This document shows positions 43,070 through 56,385 of a DNA stretch of 64,000 bases, piece by piece. The DNA comes from Nemertoderma westbladi. Its lineage: Eukaryota; Animalia; Xenacoelomorpha. The notes under the pieces were generated by a model. That model searched no databases. It saw only the letters and a list, made by a program, of their open reading frames with translations, and was not told the DNA's origin. Location: contig JAUCBJ010007015.1 in NCBI GenBank assembly GCA_032718475.1, forward strand, positions 9,407 through 73,406, given 5' to 3'. How positions within the stretch are numbered: position 1 is the first letter of the stretch; every line of letters begins with the position of its first letter. The position numbers were made by a program, and so were the translations under genes.

Positions 43070-46000
43070 TATATTTATTACCCTGATATTTTGTTATTTT
43101 TCCGGTTATTTTAACCCGAGGAACAGGAACTAGCCGAGGCGTAGCCGAGGCTTTCCTGTTCCGAGGGTTAAAATAACCGGAAAAATAACAAAATATCAGG
43201 GTAATAAATGTGTTGTTTCCAACTAATCTCGGAAAAAATAACCAACTACATCATGTTTATATCAAGAAGCCACTATTAATTTACAATATACCAAACCCAT
43301 CCAGATACCCTAGATTTCTAAAAGGGTTTTGTTTGGGGGTAGAAATATAAAAATGGGGCTTGGAAATTTTGGGGGGAGACACTAATTACAAATTAATAAA
43401 TAACACGAGCGGCCAAGGCATAAAATAAATAAATAACATGAGCGGGCCTAGGCCTAACAATTTTCCCCTGGCGGGTAAACTGGAATAAAGTAAAAAAAAC
43501 TAATAAATATAATAGATCAAATAATAAAGTAATATAAAATAAATGATAGAAAATACTAGAATTTTTTTCCATTCCACAGTATGTATAGGTAACACGATGA
43601 TAGTGATGGGAGTCTACTCGGGACAGCTGAGAGCGTTACATCGTGTGGAATTGGGTGAGACACAACGTAGACAGAACCATTCGTGTGAGAATAGGTGAAA
43701 AGACGCATTGATGCATTTTAACGATTTATTGCACACGCAATGCATATTTTTATTTTATCACTCAGCATTTACCTTTGTATAAAAAATGGCAGAAAATGTA
43801 TGTAAAGTACTGTAGGCCTAACCCAAACACTTCGCTTCGATGCAATAAATTCCACCAGCACTTAATTTTTTGTACTTCAAAATTCAATGAAACCCAAGTT
43901 TCCGAAACCAGTGCATGTGCGACTCGCGAAAGGGTAAAAATCATTCACAAAAAATAATCACACACATACTGACATATTGTATTTTCTTATAGGGAGGGGT
44001 AACCTAACAGGGTAACATAAAGTACAGTAGGTATACATTACACGTTAGATTGCTGTAAAAATTTTACATATTAATGCCAGCAGTAATACCGATTTCACAA
44101 CTTACTGTATGTAATATTACTCTTAAATTGTTAGCGTACACGTACTCTTTCGATCGAATACTGTATACCCAAAAATCGGGAAAAGGAGGTACTTTTTCCA
44201 TAGGAAAATAGTAACCATACGATTGCATTAATTTTACTTTTTTCCCGGCGAAAATAGGAAAATAAAATATTTTTGGTGTCATTTTTTAAATTTCATTAAT
44301 TGTGTTGCAAGAGCATCGACGTAGAAAAGGTTTGCAAGTAATTTGTGCTAAATATATGCACGCACTCTATACATGAATGCGTTAGGTTCGTGAGTTTTTT
44401 GAAAGGGAAAGAATTGAGTTGATCGGCTAGCAGCAGAAACTAGATTGGGGCTAAGGATCTATCGGTGAGGAATAGGAGCTCTCCCAGGAACGCTGTTTCC
44501 ATTTTATGCATGGTTGTTAACAAATTATAAAAGAGAGAATTCAGATTAGAGATAGTATATTCAAATAATAATATAATATGAATAACAATCATAAGAATTT
44601 GTGCTCCCAGTATAAACGGGTAAACACCTAATAATATCGTTACCGTAAATGACTCTAGGTGACTGCCGGGATATTAACTACACTGCCTTAAATATGCAGA
44701 AATGTACAAAGAACAATGTGGTAATCAATTCACTCCAGCTGGTTGCTCACTAAGCAATCCCATTGGCAGTTACACTAGAAATCACTTAGGATAGATTACA
44801 GGCCAACTCAATAAAGTAATATGTATGCACTGCACAACATTATAACAGTTACACAAGGGGGGTTACATTGGATCAGCGCCTGATATAATACTGTCATAAA
44901 GCATTAAGAATACGAAGTAGTCTTCTATAGGGGCAACTAAATGCAATAACTGATCCAATGGGGCCCCAAATATATAATATTGCACAGAAGTTCTGCTGAT
45001 CTAAATCATCCGTATGGCCATTTTTGTTTGCAGAATACTAAGTAAATGGAACCGTGTACAGTCCCCCTAATCTTTCCTGATGTGTACAGGATAGATTACG
45101 AAGCAAATCGGTTCACAACAGTAGGCACTATTATTATGTCATAAAACAAAGATAGAAAAAATAAGAGAAACAATTAGTTCAAATTTTGAAAAAATGGTTT
45201 ATTTTTAAAATATAGGATATCTAATCTGAAAAAAAAAAAAAAAAAAAAAAAAAAACAGCCAAAAGTAACTAACACAACGAAAATTATTTCGTGAGGCTAG
45301 GGATTATAATCCCTCGTTTACAGATACGAGAGTACCGGCGGACAAACAACGTCGGTTTGCCCGATGTGTCCCTAACGACCGGAAAACATATGACGCAATG
45401 TTAGCGAGAATAACTTCTGAATCGAGTTTAGTAGCCTGTTAGAATTTCATTCAGTCACGAAGTAATAAATAACGGGTACTTAGCCTGATAAAGAAATTTC
45501 TCTAATCATCCTAGAGTCGGTGAATAGATAGATAAGATCAACCTTTAGATACGATGTCTCCTTTAGAAAATCCGTAGTCCAACAGATAGTCTGCTTCCAA
45601 AACTTCAACTCTTTCGGCGAGATGGAACGCACCAATTCGCTGCACACATATTCTTATTATACACGAATGCGTTAGGTTCGTGAGTTTTTTGAAAGGGAAA
45701 GAATTGAGTTGATCGGCTAGCAGCAGAAACTAGATTGGGGCTAAGGATCTATCGGTGAGGAATAGGAGCTCTCCCAGGAACGCTGTTTCCATTTTATGCA
45801 TGGTTGTTAACAAATTATAAAAGAGAGAATTCAGATTAGAGATAGTATATTCTAATAATAATATAATATGAATAACAATCATAAGAATTTGTGCTCCCAG
45901 TATAAACGGGTAAACACCTAATAATATCGTTACCGTAAATGACTCTAGGTGACTGCCGGGATATTAACTACACTGCCTTAAATATGCAGAAATGTACAAA

Positions 46001-47646
46001 GAACAATGTGGTAATCAATTCACTCCAGCTGGTTGCTCACTAAGCAATCCCATTGGCAGTTACACTAGAAATCACTTAGGATAGATTACAGGCCAACTCA
46101 ATAAAGTAATATGTATGCACTGCACAACATTATAACAGTTACACAAGGGGGGTTACATTGGATCAGCGCCTGATATAATACTGTCATAAAGCATTAAGAA
46201 TACGAAGTAGTCTTCTATAGGGGCAACTAAATGCAATAACTGATCCAATGGGGCCCCAAATATATAATATTGCACAGAAGTTCTGCTGATCTAAATCATC
46301 CGTATGGCCATTTTTGTTTGCAGAATACTAAGTAAATGGAACCGTGTACACACTCAAAAGTTATTGTAACTTTAGTATTTACAAGGCGTACTCCAAAACG
46401 GAACTCAATATCCAATATTGGTTTATGTTGTTAATCGGCTCTTTAGTTACGTAATAAATATTCGAGAACATTGAATTATTTAACGTTGAGTAATCAGAAT
46501 CATGAGTTAAACCCAGAGTACAAGAATTTGAATCGCAGTAACTATGGAAGCAATATAGTAAAATACTACAGCTTAATTTATTTTGTAACTCTATATCGCT
46601 GACGTTATCCAATGTAGGCTTACCATACTGTATACGATGTACCAATTTAACTTCAGAATAAACTTACAGTATGTATTACAGTATATGAGAAAAAAGTAGA
46701 ACATTTTGTTTCTCAATATTCTAGCAACCCTTTATTAACCTCGCTGAAGCTCGGTAAATAAAATGCCTCGAGAATAATAAAAAAAGTTCTAATTTTTTTC
46801 CCATGTAATAAATAATTATTTATTCTTAAATTGTTACTTTTTCGCCCGAATTTAGACCAAAAGCTGGAGAAAATATTTAACTTTTTTTCCTGACGAAAAA
46901 GTAAAATATAATATTTTTGGTGTAATTTCTTAAATTTTATTATCGTTGTACCGGTACCGTAGTTCTACAGCATTTGTGCATGTGCAGTATGTAAACCTAC
47001 GTTATTTACAACTGGTAGGTACAAGTCTGTCTGTCTGGTACGTCCGTCTTTACGGTAGAATCGTAGAAACTGTTGAGAATGGCATTCCTGCCATGATCAG
47101 GATGCTGCTGTCCATAATTGTCAAATACCGAAAGTAAAAGATCTCTGAGTAGGCTGAGTTGAGTGTGCAATCTGAACTTGTAGTGTAGGCCTACCAGTAC
47201 TGCATTTCCCGTTTAGTTTGCTAGTACCGGTACATTAAATTATTCCCCAATATGCTCTGTTCTGTAGGCCTACCGGTCAGGTAGGTTCTGTAGTTGTAAG
47301 GCAGTGATGTGATTGAGATCTTAAAGGAAGCTGTGGTACCGCTACCTGTACTGTACGATGCATTCAGTCAGTCTACCTACACTCTGAACTGAAAACATAC
47401 CATAGGCCTACGCTAGTCTTATTCTTACAACTTTCACTTTCACTCATGTTAGTAAAGGTACCGGTACCGTAAGCTAACTACTGTATTCACAACACGGCAA
47501 ACAGGCATAAATATAATTTCAACATGCAGATACCGGAGTGTTGAAAAATAAATGTATTATTTTTTCCTAGGACTAAAATAACACTATTTTTAGATAGGTT
47601 ATCATTGCGATTATGTTATTTTTTTCCGGGATTGGTTGGTAACAAC
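43070..47646. mobile_element. Non-autonomous DNA element with a long terminal hairpin and asymmetric inverted repeats (Helentron/DINE-like or Crypton-like; class uncertain)
   Basis: Hairpin at 43073-43209 with ~55-bp arms around GCCGAGGCGTAGCCGAGGC. 43210-43243 is an inverted copy of the right terminus (47614-47646). Boundaries come from the empty site TTATTAAAATAAC|AACAAATAC in the sister HOR copy (~41780-41800). TSD is absent or AAC. No ORF. Confidence 0.75.
44368..46350 (-). mobile_element. Young non-coding LTR element (TRIM/LARD-like): two 693-bp LTRs and a 597-bp internal region
   Basis: Direct repeats at 44368-45060 and 45658-46350 differ at 2 positions by eye. TSD is CACTC (44363-44367 and 46351-46355). 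A minus-strand polypurine tract GGAAAGATTAGGGGGAC abuts the 3' LTR. Termini are TGTACA...TGTATA. Confidence 0.9.
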
Positions 47647-50600
47647 AACAAATACAATTAAAATAACTACGAATACAATTAAATTAATTACAAATACAAT
47701 TATTAAAATAACTATGAATACAATTAAAATAATTACAAATACAATTATTAAAATAACTACGAATACAATTAAAATAATTACAAATACAATTAAAATAACT
47801 ACGAATATAATTAAAATAACAACGAATACAATTATACAGTATATGTAGTTATTATATATATATATATACAAATACATATACAAATATATATATACTACAA
47901 ATACATTTAAAATAACTATGAATACAATTAAAATAACTACGAATACAGTTAAAATAATTACAAATACAATTAAAATAACTACGAATATAATTAAAATAAC
48001 AACGAATACAATTAAAATGACTACGAATACAATTAAAATAACTATGAATACAATTAAAATAACTACAAATACAATTAAAATAACAACGAATACAATTAAA
48101 ATAACTACGAATACAATTAAAATAACTACAAATACAATTATTAAAATAACTACAAATACAATTAAAATAACTACAAATACAATTAAAATAACTACGAATA
48201 CAATTAAAATAACTACAAATACAATTATTAAAATAACTACAAATACAATTATTAAAATGACTACAAATACAATTAAAATAACTATGAATCCAATTAAAAT
48301 AATTACGAATATAACTATTAAAATAACTACGAATACAATTAAAATAACTACAAATACAATTAAATTAATTACAAATACAATTAAAATAACTACGAATACA
48401 ATTATTAAAATAACTACGAATATAATTATTAAAATAACTACGAAAACAATTAAAATAACTACGAATACAATTATTAAAATAACTACGAATATAATTATTA
48501 AAATAACTACGAATACAATTAAAATAACTACGAATACAATTAAAATAACTACGAATACAATTATTAAAATGACTACGAATACAAATATTAATATAACTAC
48601 AAATACAATTAAAATAACTACAAATACAATTAAATTAATTACAAATACAATTAAAATAACTACGAATATAATTATTAAAATAAATACGAATACAATTAAA
48701 ATAACTACGAATAGAATTATTAAAATAACTACGAATACAATTAAAATAACTACGAATACAATTAAAATAACTATGAATACAATTAAATTGACTACGAATA
48801 CAATTATTAAAATAACTACAAATACAATTATTAAAATGACTACGAATACAATTAAAATAACTATGAATACAATTAAAATAACTACGAATAGAATTATTAA
48901 AATAACTACGAATACAATTATTAAAATAACTACGAATACAATTAAAATAACTACGAATACAGTTAAAATAACTAGGAATACAATTATTAAAATAACTACA
49001 AATACAATCATTAAAATAACTACGAATACAATTAAAATAACTACGAATACAATTATTAAAATAACTACGAATATAATTATTAAAATAACTATGAATACAA
49101 TTAAAATAATTACAAATACAATTATTAAAATAACTACGAATACAATTAAAATAACTACGAATACAATTATTAAAATAACTACGAATATAATTATTAAAAT
49201 AACTATGAATACAATTAAAATAACTATGAATACAATTAAAATAACTACGAATAGAATTATTAAAATAACTACGAATACAATTAAAATAACTACGAATACA
49301 ATTAAAATAACTATGAATACAATTAAATTGACTACGAATACAATTATTAAAATAACTACAAATACAATTATTAAAATGACTACGAATACAATTAAAATAA
49401 CTATGAATACAATTAAAATAACTATGAATACAATTAAAATAACTATGAATACAATTAAAATAACTACGAATACAATTAAAATAACTACGAATACAATTAA
49501 AATAACTACAAATACAATTAAATAACTAACTATGAATACAATTAAAATAACTACGAATACAATTAAAATAACCATGAATACAATTAAAATAACTACGAAT
49601 AGAATTATTAAAATAACTACGAATACAATTAAAATAACTACGAATACAATTAAAATAACTATGAATACAATTAAAATAACTACAAATACAATTAAAATAA
49701 CTACAAATACAATTAAAATAACTACGAATACAATTAAAATAACTACGAATACAATTAAAATAACTACAAATACAATTATTAAAATAACTAACTACGAATA
49801 CAATTAAAATAACTACGAATACAATTAAAATAACTATGAATACAATTACAATAACTACGAATACAATTATTAAAATAACTACAAATACAATTATTAAAAC
49901 AACTACGAATACAATTAAAATGATTACGAATAGAATTATTAAAATAACTACGAATACAATTAAAATAACTACGAATACAATTATTAAAATAACTACGAAT
50001 ACAATTACAATAACTACAAATACAATTATTGAAATGACTACAAATACAATTAAAATAACTACGAATACAATTAAAATAACTATGAATACAATTAAAATAA
50101 CTATGAATACAATTAAAATAACTACGAATACAATTAAAATAACTATGAATACAATTAAAATAACTATGAATACAATTAAAATAACTACGAATATAATTAT
50201 TAAAATAACTACGAATACAATTAAAATAACTACGAATACAATTAAAATAACTATGAATACAATTAAATTGACTACGAATACAATTATTAAAACAACTACA
50301 AATACAATTATTAAAATGACTACGAATACAATTAAAATAACTATGAATACAATTAAAATAACTATGAATACAATTAAAATAACTATGAATACAATTAAAA
50401 TAACTACGAATACAATTAAAATAACTATGAATACAATTAAAATAACTATGAATACAATTAAAATAACTACGAATAGAATTATTAAAATAACTACGAATAC
50501 AATTAAAATAACTACGAATACAATTAAAATAACTATGAATACAATTAAATTGACTACGAATACAATTATTAAAATAACTACAAATACAATTATTAAAATG

Positions 50601-53600
50601 ACTACGAATACAATTAAAATAACTATGAATACAATTAAAATAACTACGAATAGAATTATTAAAATAACTACGAATACAATTATTAAAATAACTACGAATA
50701 CAATTAAAATAACTATGAATACAATTAAAATAATTACAAATACAATTATTAAAATAACTACGAATACAATTAAAATAACTACGAATACAATTATTAAAAT
50801 AACTACGAATATAATTATTAAAATAACTATGAATACAATTAAAATAACTATGAATACAATTAAAATAACTACGAATAGAATTATTAAAATAACTACGAAT
50901 ACAATTAAAATAACTACAAATACAATTAAAATAACTATGAATACAATTAAATTGACTACGAATACAATTATTAAAATAACTACAAATACAATTATTAAAA
51001 TGACTACGAATACAATTAAAATAACTATGAATACAATTAAAATAACTACGAATAGAATTATTAAAATAACTACGAATACAATTATTAAAATAACTACGAA
51101 TACAATTAAAATAACTATGAATACAATTAAAATAATTACAAATACAATTATTAAAATAACTACGAATACAATTAAAATAACTACGAATACAATTATTAAA
51201 ATAACTACGAATATAATTATTAAAATAACTATGAATACAATTAAAATAACTACAAATACAATTACAATAACTACAAATACAATTATTGAAATGACTACAA
51301 ATACAATTAAAATAACTACGAATACAATTAAAATAACTATGAATACAATTAAAATAACTATGAATACAATTAAAATAACTATGAATACAATTTGTAATAA
51401 CTACGAATACAATTAAAATAACTATGAATACAATTAAAATAACTACGAATACAATTAAAATAACTATGAATACAATTATTAAAATGACTACAAATACAAT
51501 TATTGAAATAACTACGAATACAATTAAAATAACTATGAATACAATTAAAATAACTATGAATACAATTAAAATAACTATGAATACAATTAAAATAACTATG
51601 AATACAATTAAAATAACTACGAATACAATTAAAATAACTATGAATACAATTAAAATAACTACGAATACAATTAAAATAACTATGAATACAATTATTAAAA
51701 TGACTACAAATACAATTATTGAAATGACTACAAATAAAATTAAAATAACTACGAATACAATTATTAAAATAACTACGAATACAATTAAAATAACTATGAA
51801 TACAATTAAAATAATTACAAATACAATTATTAAAATAACTACGAATACAATTAAAATAACTACGAATACAATTATTAAAATAACTACGAATATAATTATT
51901 AAAATAACTATGAATACAATTAAAATAACTATGAATACAATTAAAATAACTACGAATAGAATTATTAAAATAACTACGAATACAATTGAAATAACTACGA
52001 ATACAATTAAAATAACTATGAATACAATTAAATTGACTACGAATACAATTATTAAAATAACTACAAATACAATTATTAAAATGACTACGAATACAATTAA
52101 AATAACTATGAATACAATTAAAATAACTATGAATACAATTAAAATAACTATGAATACAATTAAAATAACTACGAATACAATTAAAATAACTATGAATACA
52201 ATTAAAATAACTATGAATACAATTAAAATAACTACGAATAGAATTATTAAATAACTACGAATACAATTAAAATAACTACGAATACAATTAAAATAACTAT
52301 GAATACAATTAAATTGACTACGAATACAATTATTAAAATAACTACAAATACAATTATTAAAATGACTACGAATACAATTAAAATAACTATGAATACAATT
52401 AAAATAACTACGAATAGAATTATTAAAATAACTACGAATACAATTATTAAAATAACTACGAATACAATTAAAATAACTATGAATACAATTAAAATAATTA
52501 CAAATACAATTATTAAAATAACTACGAATACAATTAAAATAACTACGAATACAATTATTAAAATAACTACGAATATAATTATTAAAATAACTATGAATAC
52601 AATTAAAATAACTATGAATACAATTAAAATAACTACGAATAGAATTATTAAAATAACTACGAATACAATTAAAATAACTACGAATACAATTAAAATAACT
52701 ATGAATACAATTAAATTGACTATGAATACAATTAAATTGACTACGAATACAATTATTAAAATAACTACAAATACAATTATTAAAATGACTACGAATACAA
52801 TTAAAATAACTATGAATACAATTAAAATAACTACGAATAGAATTATTAAAATAACTACGAATACAATTATTAAAATAACTACGAATACAATTAAAATAAC
52901 TACGAATACAATTAAAATAACTATGAATACAATTAAATTGACTACGAATACAATTATTAAAATAACTACAAATACAATTATTAAAATGACTACGAATACA
53001 ATTAAAATAACTATGAATACAATTAAAATAACTACGAATAGAATTATTAAAATAACTACGAATACAATTATTAAAATAACTACGAATACAATTAAAATAA
53101 CTATGAATACAATTAAAATAATTACAAATACAATTATTAAAATAACTACGAATACAATTAAAATAACTACGAATACAATTATTAAAATAACTACGAATAT
53201 AATTATTAAAATAACTATGAATACAATTAAAATAACTATGAATACAATTAAAATAACTACGAATAGAATTATTAAAATAACTACGAATACAATTAAAATA
53301 ACTACGAATACAATTAAAATAACTATGAATACAATTAAATTGACTATGAATACAATTAAATTGACTACGAATACAATTATTAAAATAACTACAAATACAA
53401 TTATTAAAATGACTACGAATACAATTAAAATAACTATGAATACAATTAAAATAACTACGAATAGAATTATTAAAATAACTACGAATACAATTATTAAAAT
53501 AACTACGAATACAATTAAAATAACTATGAATACAATTAAAATAATTACAAATACAATTATTAAAATAACTATGAATACAATTAAAATAACTACGAATACA

Positions 53601-54908
53601 ATTAAAATAACTACGAATACAATTATTAAAATAACTACGAATACAATTAAAATAACTACGAATACAATTACAATAACTACAAATACAATTATTGAAATGA
53701 CTACAAATACAATTAAAATAACTACGAATACAATTAAAATAACTATGAATACAATTAAAATAACTATGAATACAATTAAAATAACTATGAATACAATTAA
53801 AATAACTACGAATACAATTAAAATAACTATGAATACAATTAAAATAACTACGAATACAATTAAAATAACTATGAATACAATTATTAAAATGACTACAAAT
53901 ACAATTATTGAAATGACTACAAATACAATTAAAATAACTACGAATACAATTAAAATAACTATGAATACAATTAAAATAACTATGAATACAATTAAAATAA
54001 CTATGAATACAATTAAAATAACTACGAATACAATTAAAATAACTATGAATACAATTAAAATAACTACGAATACAATTAAAATAACTACGAATACAATTAT
54101 TAAAATAACTACGAATACAATTAAAATAACTACGAATACAATTAAAATAACTACGAATAGAATTATTAAAATAACTACGAATACAATTAAAATAACTACG
54201 AATACAATTAAAATAACTATGAATACAATTAAATTGACTACGAATACAATTATTAAAATAACTACAAATACAATTATTAAAATGACTACGAATACAATTA
54301 AAATAACTATGAATACAATTAAAATAACTACGAATAGAATTATTAAAATAACTACGAATACAATTAAAATAACTACGAATACAATTAAAATAAAATGACT
54401 ACGAATACAATTATTAAAATAACTACAAATACAATTATTAAAACAACTACGAATACAATTAAAATAACTCCGAATACAGTTAAAATAACTAGGAATACAA
54501 TTATTAAAATAACTACAAATACAATTAAAATAAAATGACTACGAATACAATTATTAAAATAACTACAAATACAATTATTAAAACAACTACGAATACAGTT
54601 AAAATAACTAGGAATACAATTATTAAAATAACTACAAATACAATTATTAAAATAACTATGAATACAATTAAAATCACTACGAATAGAATTATTAAAATAA
54701 CTATGAATACAATTAAAATAACTACGAATACAATTAAAATAACTACGAATACAATTAAAATAACTACAAATACAATTATTAAAATAACTTCGAATACAAT
54801 TAAAATAACTACAAATACAATTATTAAAATGACTACGAATACAATTAAAATAACTATGAATACAATTAAAATAACTACGAATACAATTAAAATAACTACG
54901 AATACAAT
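47647..54908. repeat. 21/24-bp AT-rich satellite, right arm
   Basis: Resumes in exact HOR register after the insertion, with the third (TA)n marker at ~47833. It has additional variants AATAGAATT, AAATTGACT and many ACTATG. Confidence 0.98.
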
Positions 54909-55598
54909 TGTAAGCGGATTCAATTCCGATACATTACCCACCAGAGAATGGGACCAGTGGAATTTTACTAATATAGTTGGGGATACGAGATTACCAATAA
55001 TAATCTCGCCTCATAACCAACTTGGGGGGGGGGGGTGACACAAGCCCTAAAGCCACAGAGAGAGGTGAGAGGTCAAACCACCTCAGAGGGAGAACACAGC
55101 TAGTAGAAGCTAGCAGCAATGGGGAAACACTCACAGGGAGTGCCAAAGTGACAATTAGTATATTAGCCAATAGCGGGGAGGGAAGCACGTGATTAGAGAT
55201 AGGAAAGCATCCACTGGGTACAGAGGGCCAAGTACAATAAGAGGTGAAACCAATACCTGTGTGTATCAATCATATATTATTCTGCATTACTGATTTACCG
55301 GTCAGTTCATTAGTTATACAGTTGCAGACCAGTCATAGTTTATGACCGTCACCGATACCAACATTAACAATTTAATATCTGTGTATTCTCTGCTGTCATT
55401 CTATGTCGTGATATTCATCAATGATTTACTGATTGTGCTATTATCGTTCGGAGTATAAATATTGTGAATCAAAAACTCTATTATTTTTCCCCGATTGCCT
55501 TCGGCCAAACTGACCCAGTGCAACTGCCCAGCAGAATGGTGACACGTACAAATCTAACAAACTGCCAGCCTAACAACTAAACTGTGACTGCAAGAAAC

Positions 55599-55889
55599 AT
55601 GGCGGAAGAAGGGACGCCCCGATTATCAGAAGGAGAGAGAACACCGCCGCGGACCCCGGACGATAGCAACCAAACGATCCGTGAGGCCGCGACGCGACGG
55701 TATCGGCCTGCCAAGCCGGATTCGCCAACGAGAGATGATCCGATAGGCCAAGCGGAGGGTAGCCGTCAACTACGAAGGAGAGAGGGAGACAAGTCGACAC
55801 GCGACGACGACGGCGGTCGGGGTACCGAAGTCACCGGCCATCCACAGGCTGAGGAGAGGAGAGGCCAGGAGAAAGGTAGACCAGCCTAA
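55599..55889 (+). CDS. Short charged, low-complexity ORF (96 aa) just after the candidate LTR; unknown function
   Basis: AACATGG start context and GC/purine-rich composition like the 61.5-63 kb ORF. No recognisable domain. Confidence 0.25.
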   Translation: MAEEGTPRLSEGERTPPRTPDDSNQTIREAATRRYRPAKPDSPTRDDPIGQAEGSRQLRRREGDKSTRDDDGGRGTEVTGHPQAEERRGQEKGRPA

Positions 55890-56385
55890 ACTATACCTGA
55901 GGCTAGGTGAGTCGAATAAACATTTTCATTATTTAATCCGTTTTGGACAGGGAGAACTGGCGAGTGAGAGAGCGAGGGGGGTCGCCACGGAACTGTTTGA
56001 ATTGTGGCGGTCCGTGGTAATGGAGCCAGACGTAGTGTACATAGGGCCGGAAGAGTCAGATCCCTAGAAGAGAGAATTGGAGGAAAGATAGGAGCCAAAG
56101 ACAGGAAGACCTACAGGAGGGCTGTGGGAAAGTGTTGCCTATTGGAAGGCTCACCTTAGAGTTTAGTTGTCCAATATGTTGGACTGAGGGGGTGGGAATG
56201 AGGGCGAGACGCCCTTCCCACTCATAAAATATACAAAAAAAATAAATAATAAGCAAATAATAAAATAAGAAGTGAGATAGTAGAAAGTAATAGTAGTAGA
56301 TAGTATGTAGCACTAAGTAGTAGTAGTAGGGAGTGTGGTATATTGACATGCCATGAGAATAGTAGCAGGGTACATAGTAGCGTAA

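Noticed and set aside
34395-55038. Very long ORFs on both strands (ITTNTIK repeats and VFVVILI repeats, up to ~1500 aa)
   Set aside because: Unit lengths of 21 and 24 bp with no stop in one frame per strand give open frames automatically. Frames break at several indels, there are no non-repetitive domains, and TEs interrupt the array.
55536-55550. TGGTGACACG as the primer-binding site of the putative LTR element
   Set aside because: It is not preceded by a CA LTR end, I cannot match it confidently to a tRNA, and with no second LTR the boundary is unverifiable.
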